The notes beneath the pieces were generated by a model. That model ran no database searches and was not told the DNA's origin. It was given only the letters and a program-made list of their open reading frames with translations. Below, piece after piece: positions 57,075-64,000 of a DNA stretch of 64,000 bases; position 1 is the first letter of the stretch; the number at the start of each line of letters is the position of its first letter. The DNA is from an uncultured bacterium (GTDB lineage: Bacteria; Patescibacteriota; Microgenomatia; UBA1400; MFAQ01): assembly GCA_963980225.1 (NCBI GenBank), contig CAXBYW010000001.1, positions 99,301-163,300 on the forward strand, in the 5' to 3' direction. The position numbers and the translations under genes were made by a program.

Positions 57075-57692
57075 TTAGTACTTTCTTACCACTCCAACAC
57101 ACCTACCTTGAATTTTTACATTAGTAGCAAAAATAGGGGACATAGAAGAGTTGGCTGGCTCCAATCTAATTCTAGTTTTTTCTCTAAAGTATCTTTTTAA
57201 AGTTGCCAGCCCATTTTCAAGTAAAGCCACTACGATATCTCCGTTTGTCACATCATCACTTTCTGTCTCTTCTATTATTACAAAGTCTCTATCAAAGATA
57301 CCTTCCTCAATCATGGAGTCTCCTTTTACCTGCAACACAAAAGACCTTTTTTTACTACTCACCATGCTAGGTGGAATTCGAAAACTAGCATCTGGGTCTG
57401 TGTATGGTTCAATTGGTCTTCCTGCAGCGATAAAACCCATGATGGGTAGTTCCAAGGTATTAAGCTGGGACATTTTTTCATCAATAATCTCTAAACCTCT
57501 CACTGCTCCTTCAAACTTTCTAATTACTTTTTTCTTAACCAGAGCCTGTAGATGTTCATGTACGGTAGCCAAGCTTGAAACACCAATCGCGCTTGCTATC
57601 TCTTGTAGGGTGGGTGAGTATCCATTCCTCTGGATAAACTGTTTAATAAAATCAACTATCTGTCTTTGTCTTCTGTATAAAGTTACTGCCAT
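57075..57692 (-). CDS. lexA: LexA repressor (S24 peptidase)
   Basis: N-terminal winged HTH (GYSPTLQEIASAIGVSS), the AAG cleavage site (FIAAGRPIE) and Ser/Lys dyad region (GDSM...IVVAL). Confidence 0.8.
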   Translation of the reverse strand: MAVTLYRRQRQIVDFIKQFIQRNGYSPTLQEIASAIGVSSLATVHEHLQALVKKKVIRKFEGAVRGLEIIDEKMSQLNTLELPIMGFIAAGRPIEPYTDPDASFRIPPSMVSSKKRSFVLQVKGDSMIEEGIFDRDFVIIEETESDDVTNGDIVVALLENGLATLKRYFREKTRIRLEPANSSMSPIFATNVKIQGRCVGVVRKY

Positions 57693-57783
57693 ACTCCATT
57701 TTTACACCAAACATTACCCAAAAGTCAACAGTATCTTTTTTAAAGAAAACACACCTTTTTGGATTTAAGCTATACTCTTTTCA

Positions 57784-59571
57784 ATGCGAAGGTTAATATT
57801 CTTAAGCCTACTTTTTCTTTTAGTTGCCAAACCAGTTACTGCTATCAGTCAATTTACTACCGACTACCAAATATCTTATGAAGTTAATGGATCAGGCAAG
57901 ACTCACGTAAAGTATCAGATTGATCAAACCAACAATCTCACTAGGGTATACGCTACCGAATTCAGTCTTAGTGTTAGTCACACCAACATAGAAAACCTGC
58001 AAGTAAAGGACTTCACTACTCAAATTGACCCTGACATAACTCTTATAGACAACATTACCAACATCAATTTTCCTTTTAAAAATAAGATTGTTGGCAAAGA
58101 CAAAACCCACAGCTTCTCCATAGAATACGATACCGACGACATTGCAACTAAAACAAGCTCTGTCTGGGAGGTAAATATACCTAAGATTACTACCAAGGAA
58201 AGTATAAACAATCTAGAGATCACCTTGAAAATCCCCACAGACTTTCCCAAGCTGGTCTTCATAGACCCAAAACCCACCAGGATACTAGACACCACCTACA
58301 CCTTCTCATCCAACTCACTGGCTAACAAACCCATCTCTGTCCTTTTTGGTGGTGAGCAATTTTTTCAACTAAACGCCAGCTATTATCTAAAAAACGAGTT
58401 TTCTGGCAGCGTAGACAAGACAATTGCATTACCTCCAAACACCAGCTACCAGGAAGTTTTCATCAAAAACATAAACCCAGCCCCCAACAACATTACCGTG
58501 GACACAGATGGTAACTGGCTAGCTACCTATACCTTAAAGGCTAAACAAGAACTAAATATACAACTAGAACAAATAATAAAACTACAATTTAATCCTCAAA
58601 AAAGTAGTCCTAAAAATCTATCAAGATACCTTGAGTCAACTAGTGTCTGGGACTTTAACACCCCAGAATTTCAAAAAATAAATACAGACGAAATAAAGGA
58701 TCCTCAACAAATCTTCAACTTTGTCACAAACTCATTGGTATATAACTACTCTCTTATTAACAAAGATCCCTTGGCCAGACAGCCGGCATCTTTCTCTTTG
58801 GAACACCCCACCCAAGCTATATGCACAAACTTTACCGATCTCTTTATTGCTCTTGCCAGGAAAAACAACGTCCCAGCTAGAGAAATTGAGGGCTTTGCTA
58901 TAAGTAAAAATGACAAGCTAAAACCTTTAAGTTTGTCTCAAGACGTTCTTCATGCATGGCCAGAATATTTTGATAAAACAAAAAACACCTGGATCCAAGT
59001 CGATCCCACTTGGAGCAACACAACTAATGGAGTTGATTACTTTAACAAACTAGACTTAAACCACATTACTTTTGTAACTCATGGTGGAGATACTAGAGAG
59101 CCTTTACCGGCAGGTTTTTATAAACGTCCAGGTAAAAACACCAAAGATATAAACATCCAAGATATTGATTCAATCATCTTTCCTCCAGCCAACGTACAAG
59201 TTAGTCTCACAGAGCAAAAAGGCAACACTCTTTTTATAACTTTAACCAACTCTGCAGGGACTGCTCTAGAAGCTGATTTAAAGGTAAATGCACCAAACAC
59301 CACCACCAAAACACTTCCTGTATATCTTCCACCGTTTTCTAATTACGACATAGAAATAGACCTAAACTCAAGGCCAATTATAGGTAAATCAACCAAAGTT
59401 ATAATATTAGAGCTGGCCGACACACAATACACCTTACCTGTAAATATCGAGCCTGTATTCCCGTTAAATACATTGTTAGTCATCTCTTTAGGTCTTCTGA
59501 TTTTGTTGTTATTAGTAATAAAGAAAGTTAAGAAAAATAACTCTGTTTTTCCAGTATCTATCAAAACTTGA
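57784..59571 (+). CDS. secreted, C-terminally anchored transglutaminase-like superfamily protein
   Basis: Signal peptide MRRLIFLSLLFLLVAKPVTA. Core Cys-His-Asp (CTNFTDLFIALAR ... HAWPEYF ... WIQVDPT). C-terminal TM plus KKVKKNN. Confidence 0.55.
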   Translation: MRRLIFLSLLFLLVAKPVTAISQFTTDYQISYEVNGSGKTHVKYQIDQTNNLTRVYATEFSLSVSHTNIENLQVKDFTTQIDPDITLIDNITNINFPFKNKIVGKDKTHSFSIEYDTDDIATKTSSVWEVNIPKITTKESINNLEITLKIPTDFPKLVFIDPKPTRILDTTYTFSSNSLANKPISVLFGGEQFFQLNASYYLKNEFSGSVDKTIALPPNTSYQEVFIKNINPAPNNITVDTDGNWLATYTLKAKQELNIQLEQIIKLQFNPQKSSPKNLSRYLESTSVWDFNTPEFQKINTDEIKDPQQIFNFVTNSLVYNYSLINKDPLARQPASFSLEHPTQAICTNFTDLFIALARKNNVPAREIEGFAISKNDKLKPLSLSQDVLHAWPEYFDKTKNTWIQVDPTWSNTTNGVDYFNKLDLNHITFVTHGGDTREPLPAGFYKRPGKNTKDINIQDIDSIIFPPANVQVSLTEQKGNTLFITLTNSAGTALEADLKVNAPNTTTKTLPVYLPPFSNYDIEIDLNSRPIIGKSTKVIILELADTQYTLPVNIEPVFPLNTLLVISLGLLILLLLVIKKVKKNNSVFPVSIKT

Positions 59572-59604
59572 CTCTCAAGGTATCTAAATTCTACAATTAA
59601 GGTA

Positions 59605-60009
59605 ATGAAAACCATTCTAAGACAAGTTGGAATAAACTATCTATCTCTTTATCTTAGCTTCAACATATTTCCTGGATTCTCCGTAAAGAATACTTTCCAG
59701 GTCATTCTTATTGCTAGCGTCGTCTGGCTTTTACTAAACAAAATAGTAAAACCAATTATCAAACTCTTATTACTTCCAATAAACTTAATTACCTTAGGAT
59801 TGTTTTCTTGGTTGGTCAGTGTCATCACCCTGTTTTTACTCCAGTTCTTGATAGTTGGCATCAGTCTTCAACCATATTTTTTCGCTGGTTTTTCATACCA
59901 GGGTTTCATTATTCCGGCTTTCCACATTAACATGCTGTTTTCATATATCATTACTTCAGCTTTAATAAATGGGATTCACTCAATTATCACCTGGCTAATT
60001 AATAAATAA
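59605..60009 (+). CDS. 4-TM small membrane protein (phage holin family 4-like, tentative)
   Basis: 134 aa, four hydrophobic helices, topology and size resembling the Phage_holin_4_2 family. Similarity judged by eye only. Confidence 0.3.
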   Translation: MKTILRQVGINYLSLYLSFNIFPGFSVKNTFQVILIASVVWLLLNKIVKPIIKLLLLPINLITLGLFSWLVSVITLFLLQFLIVGISLQPYFFAGFSYQGFIIPAFHINMLFSYIITSALINGIHSIITWLINK

Positions 60010-60016
60010 TCAAATC

Positions 60017-60229
60017 ATGAACGTACTTTTTATCTTTCAAATAATCATCTCTATCATCCTCGTGGCCTTAGTCATGCTCCAGTCCAAAGATAGTGGTCTA
60101 AGCAACCCTTTCGGAGCCACTCAAACAGGCTATCAAACCAAAACAGGCCCAGAAAAAGCAATTTACGTCCTTACTATTTTTGTGGTTATCATTTTCATTG
60201 TTGTTTCTATTCTCAATATCAGGTCTTAA
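60017..60229 (+). CDS. secG: preprotein translocase subunit SecG
   Basis: 70 aa with two TM segments and the LVMLQSKDSGLS motif matching the SecG consensus (L.VLLQ.GKGGGLS). Confidence 0.65.
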   Translation: MNVLFIFQIIISIILVALVMLQSKDSGLSNPFGATQTGYQTKTGPEKAIYVLTIFVVIIFIVVSILNIRS

Positions 60230-60232
60230 TCC

Positions 60233-61579
60233 ATGATAAAAAACATAAGAAAAAATCTTTGGTTCGTTAGCGCCTTTGCCTCAAAATACAAATACTTAAT
60301 CATTGTTGGGGTAATTCTCTCAATAGTCTTAGGGTTAATCTTAAATAAGATCCAAAAGGTTCTTCCTGGTCTGTCAAACAAAGACATTCATATTGGTCTA
60401 GTGGGCCAACACTCTGTCACTAATCTACCCACTCAGATTACTAAACTTCTAAATTCCGGCCTAACCACCCAAGGACCAGAACAAACAACCATTCTTAACC
60501 TGGCTAGTACTGAAGACATTGATGACTCTCAAAAAACATACACATATAAATTAAGTCCCAATCTCACCTGGTCAGATGGTAAGCCAATAAAGGCAGAGGA
60601 CATAAACATCTCCATTCCCAAAGTAGATATAGAAGCTCCTGACTCTGAAACCATTAAGTTTGTTCTGCCTGCTAAATTTGCTCCTTTTCCTTCTATCCTA
60701 AACTTTCCCATCACAAACCAGGAAGGACTTCTACCTGACCCATTTGAAATTAAACTCAAGCAAAGATCTTCCGGGGTTCTTACTCAAGTCGTTATAGACA
60801 ATGGTGAGTATAAAATATTTGTAAACATATACCCGACTTCATCTCAAGCTTTAACAGCATATAAACTTGGACAGATAGACGCCATTATAGATCTGCCTAT
60901 CACTAGTACCTCCCAAGATTTATCAGGTTTTGGAATCGCAAATGCATTTTTAAATAAACAAAAACTAATTCTTTTAGTTGTAAACCACAAAGATCCCAAT
61001 TTGAACGGTAAACCAACTAGGCAAGGATTAGCCTACAGTTTAGATCTAAATTACAACCAAACAAAAAAAGCCTTAACCACCATCAACCCAAGTTCCTGGG
61101 TCTACAATCCACTAGTCAAAGAGTATCAACCCAATCCTCAAAGAGCCAAGGAATTAATCAGCTCAGATCTTGAGTTAGAGATCTCTACTACTCCAGAACT
61201 TCTTTCAATAGCTGATGAAATAAAAAACTCCATAAACATACCCAACCTAAAGGTAAATATCAAGGTCGTTAGTGATACACCAGAAGATTTCCAGCTATTC
61301 TTAACCACCTTTACCATTCCTCAAGATCCCGATCAGTATCCTTTCTGGCACTCTACTCAACCAGGTAACGTTGGTGGCTCGGCTAGCGAAAAACTAGACA
61401 AGCTTTTAGAAGACGGTAGAACCACCTTAGACAACAACGAAAGAAAAGCTCTCTACCATGAGTTCCAAAGAGTTTTTGCAGAGGAGCTACCCGCCATTGT
61501 TTTGTTTCATCCTCAGCACGTTAATTTAGCCAGAAATCAAAAAATTTCCGATATAATAAACAACTACTGGGCTCGCTAA
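60233..61579 (+). CDS. solute-binding protein family 5-like (peptide/nickel type), membrane-anchored
   Basis: N-terminal TM. TYTYKLSPNLTWSDGKPIKAEDINIS matches the SBP_bac_5 tytfkLr.g.kwhDG.p.taeDv motif. Confidence 0.5.
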   Translation: MIKNIRKNLWFVSAFASKYKYLIIVGVILSIVLGLILNKIQKVLPGLSNKDIHIGLVGQHSVTNLPTQITKLLNSGLTTQGPEQTTILNLASTEDIDDSQKTYTYKLSPNLTWSDGKPIKAEDINISIPKVDIEAPDSETIKFVLPAKFAPFPSILNFPITNQEGLLPDPFEIKLKQRSSGVLTQVVIDNGEYKIFVNIYPTSSQALTAYKLGQIDAIIDLPITSTSQDLSGFGIANAFLNKQKLILLVVNHKDPNLNGKPTRQGLAYSLDLNYNQTKKALTTINPSSWVYNPLVKEYQPNPQRAKELISSDLELEISTTPELLSIADEIKNSINIPNLKVNIKVVSDTPEDFQLFLTTFTIPQDPDQYPFWHSTQPGNVGGSASEKLDKLLEDGRTTLDNNERKALYHEFQRVFAEELPAIVLFHPQHVNLARNQKISDIINNYWAR

Positions 61580-61582
61580 CCA

Positions 61583-61669
61583 GGGCAGATGGTGAAATTG
61601 GTAGACACGCAGCGTTCAGAACGCTGTGAGCTTATGCTCATGGAGGTTCAAGTCCTCTTCTGCCCACCA
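61583..61669 (+). tRNA. tRNA-Leu (anticodon CAG), CCA encoded
   Basis: Long-variable-arm tRNA: acceptor GGGCAGA/TCTGCCC, anticodon loop TTCAGAA, T-loop TTCAAGT, 3-prime ACCA. Confidence 0.85.
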
Positions 61670-61698
61670 TTAAGGTGTTAAAATATTCTTCTACACCT

Positions 61699-61782
61699 GC
61701 CGAGGTGCTGAAATTGGTAGACAGGCTACCTTGAGGTGGTAGTGCTCGCAAGAGCGTGGAGGTTCGATTCCTCTCCTCGGCA
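61699..61782 (+). tRNA. tRNA-Leu (anticodon GAG)
   Basis: Long-variable-arm tRNA: acceptor GCCGAGG/CCTCGGC, anticodon loop TTGAGGT, T-loop TTCGATT. Confidence 0.8.
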
Positions 61783-61817
61783 CAATCTTATAACAATTCA
61801 AGATATAATCCAGTAAC

Positions 61818-63827
61818 ATGAACTTCAAACTCAAGACTGACTTTAAACCTGCTGGAGACCAACCACAGGCAATAGAAAAGCTAGTTAACTCCATAAGTAA
61901 AGACAATCCACACCAAACCTTACTTGGTGTTACCGGCTCAGGTAAGACTTTTACCGTAGCTAATGTCATCCAAAAACTACAACTTCCCACCTTAATAATC
62001 TCCCACAACAAGACTTTAGCCAGCCAGCTCTATCAAGAATTTAGAGACTTCTTCCCAAAAAATGCCGTCTCTTACTTTGTTAGCTACTATGACTACTACC
62101 AGCCAGAGGCTTACATACCTCAAAGCGATACTTATATAGAGAAGGAAACCTCCATAAACCCAGAGATAGACAAGTTAAGACTTACTACCACCTCTAATCT
62201 CTTAACTCGACCAGACACCATAGTGGTAGCTAGCGTCTCTTGTATCTACGGTCTAGGATCACCAGACAGCCAAGAAGGCCAGCTCCTATACCTAACAGCC
62301 GGTCAAGTAATCGATCGCCGTACCCTTGTCTCCCACTTAATCTCTCTCCAGTATCAAAGAACATCTACTACCCTAACTAGAGCAACCTTTAGACTTACAG
62401 GTAATCATCTAGAAATCTACCCTTCTCAAGTCGATGTAGTCTACTCGATCAAACTAGAAGAGTTAAGAATAGAAAGCATCGAAGTTCTAGACCCCTTAAA
62501 CTTTACTCCAGTAGAAAAAGAAAAAATAATCACCATCTACCCAGCCAAACACTATTTGGCTAACCAAGACGACCAGAAAAAAGTCTTCAAGCAAATTCGC
62601 CAAGACCTAAAAGAACAGATCAAGTACTTTAAAGACAACAACATGCCACTAGAAGCTCATAGAATAGAACAGAAAGTAGAGTACGATCTACAAATGATCC
62701 AGGAGATGGGTTACGTCAATGGTATAGAAAACTACTCGAGATACTTTGATGGCAGACAACCAGGTACTCCACCTTCAACTTTAATAGACTATTTTCATTA
62801 CAACGTTAAAAAGTTCAAACAAAAAAACTTCCTTACCGTCATAGATGAAAGTCATATCAGTCTACCTCAGATCAGAGGTATGTATGCTGGTGATCAATCA
62901 AGAAAAACCAATCTGATTAATTTTGGTTTCAGACTCCCAGCCGCTCTAGATAACCGTCCTCTCACTTCCGTTGAGTTTAAGTCAAAAATTCCTCTCAATC
63001 TATACACCTCTGCTACCCCAGCAGACTACGAATTAAGTCTCTCAAAAACCAGCCAGATTCCTACCGTGGCAGAGCAAGTCATAAGACCCACTGGACTTTT
63101 AGATCCTGAAATCTTTGTCATGCCTACCAAAAACCAGATAGTAAACCTAACCAAAGAAATACTCAAGCGAAAAGAAAAAGGTGAAAGAGTTCTTGTTCTA
63201 ACCATCACCAAGAAAATGGCAGAGGAACTAGCTGAGTACATAAGTAAACAAAAAAACTCCATCAAAGCCGAGTACCTACACTCAGACATAAAAACACTAG
63301 ATAGGGGAGACATTTTAGATAACTTAAGAAAAGGGGACTTCGACTGTTTAATTGGAATCAACCTGCTAAGAGAAGGCCTGGACTTACCAGAAGTATCACT
63401 GATTGCCATTTTGGACGCAGACAAAGAAGGCTTCTTAAGAACCACCACTTCCTTAATCCAGATCATGGGTCGTGCTGCCAGACATATAAATGGTCAGGTA
63501 ATCCTATTTGCAGACAAAGTCTCAGATTCAATGAAGCGAGCCATGGACATAACTAAAGACAGACGAAAAATCCAAGAAAAATTTAATAAAGACAACAACA
63601 TTACCCCTAAATCAATTTCTAAACCGATTAGAGATAGGTTGCTAAAAAAAGAACTAGAGGAGAAAATCATTCTAGATCCAGAACTAAAAGTAGATCCTAG
63701 TGGTCTTACTCCTAAAGATAAAAAGAAGTTTGCCACAAGACTAAAAACTTTAATGAATCAGGCTGCCAAAGACTGGGAGTTCGAAAAAGCTGCCAAGTTA
63801 AGAGATAAGTTAAAAACCCTTGAATAA
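61818..63827 (+). CDS. uvrB: excinuclease ABC subunit B
   Basis: Walker A (GVTGSGKTFT), helicase motifs, beta-hairpin region and a C-terminal UVR domain. Confidence 0.9.
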   Translation: MNFKLKTDFKPAGDQPQAIEKLVNSISKDNPHQTLLGVTGSGKTFTVANVIQKLQLPTLIISHNKTLASQLYQEFRDFFPKNAVSYFVSYYDYYQPEAYIPQSDTYIEKETSINPEIDKLRLTTTSNLLTRPDTIVVASVSCIYGLGSPDSQEGQLLYLTAGQVIDRRTLVSHLISLQYQRTSTTLTRATFRLTGNHLEIYPSQVDVVYSIKLEELRIESIEVLDPLNFTPVEKEKIITIYPAKHYLANQDDQKKVFKQIRQDLKEQIKYFKDNNMPLEAHRIEQKVEYDLQMIQEMGYVNGIENYSRYFDGRQPGTPPSTLIDYFHYNVKKFKQKNFLTVIDESHISLPQIRGMYAGDQSRKTNLINFGFRLPAALDNRPLTSVEFKSKIPLNLYTSATPADYELSLSKTSQIPTVAEQVIRPTGLLDPEIFVMPTKNQIVNLTKEILKRKEKGERVLVLTITKKMAEELAEYISKQKNSIKAEYLHSDIKTLDRGDILDNLRKGDFDCLIGINLLREGLDLPEVSLIAILDADKEGFLRTTTSLIQIMGRAARHINGQVILFADKVSDSMKRAMDITKDRRKIQEKFNKDNNITPKSISKPIRDRLLKKELEEKIILDPELKVDPSGLTPKDKKKFATRLKTLMNQAAKDWEFEKAAKLRDKLKTLE

Positions 63828-63918
63828 CAAACAAGGGAAGTAAGAAATTACAGAATCGTAATTAGTTACTTCCCTTTCAACCTAGGTCGGTCGCACAAAA
63901 TAAAATAGATTATGAATC

Positions 63919-64000
63919 GATGTCTTACTTGAAACCAGTTGTTCTGCCTCCTTTAAGGGCAGTTCTGGGTACTCTTCTTGGGTTAGGTGATGGTTGGATT
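63919..64000 (+). CDS. possible 5-prime end of an unidentified gene (partial)
   Basis: ATG at 63919 opens a frame (MSYLKPVVLPPLRAVLG...) that runs to the window edge. No motif. Confidence 0.12.

Noticed and set aside
61691-62011. 106-aa minus-strand ORF spanning tRNA-Leu(GAG) and the uvrB start
   Set aside because: It overlaps a well-folded tRNA and the 5-prime end of uvrB and has no motif. Treated as spurious.

Overview
The window appears to be a low-GC (~40%) bacterial chromosomal segment with a reduced, CPR/Patescibacteria-like gene set, called by motif recognition only. Supporting traits are a minimal dcw cell-division cluster, a fused gatCA, ribosomal and ParB proteins with charged or proline-rich tails, and no Shine-Dalgarno in front of core genes. 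Core genes read in order as follows.
- A fragmented dcw/cell-division cluster: PBP C-terminus, dgkA-like, mraY, a DUF336-like gene where murD would be, ftsW, murG, ftsQ-like, ftsA, ftsZ.
- ileS, a second SEDS gene (rodA), rplU-methyltransferase-rpmA, parB, lepB.
- A surface-glycan assembly cluster (2xGT4, Wzx-like flippase, 2xGT2, O-antigen-ligase-like) bracketed by two 4-Cys PD-(D/E)XK nucleases.
- A polyprenyl synthase, LysM protein, LemA-HtpX, gatCA-gatB, dnaE, rplS, a SOD/DsbA disulfide module, ruvCAB, holA-like, murF-like plus a C39-like peptidase.
- PGI/PMI, PMM, ppsA, eno, rsmI, lexA, a secreted transglutaminase-like protein, secG, an SBP_bac_5 protein and uvrB.
- Nine tRNAs: Val, Gly, Thr, Asp, Lys, Glu and two Leu, plus degenerate tRNA-Asp 3-prime-end copies.
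Mobile or accessory content falls in three places.
- An approximately 1-kb IS481-family insertion (11568-12550) with about 45-bp imperfect terminal inverted repeats, followed by three small SD-bearing genes.
- A Cys-rich tail-anchored protein gene next to tRNA-Val.
- Most notably, a 4-kb locus (28.1-32.1 kb) abutting tRNA-Asp. It is punctuated by five same-orientation copies of a 60-90 bp repeat module that resembles the tRNA-Asp 3-prime end plus its flank. Two copies are fused to near-identical terminator hairpins. The locus carries small uncharacterized genes, several with canonical AAGGAGG ribosome-binding sites.
No CRISPR array was found. All functional calls rest on reading the six-frame translations, not on database searches.
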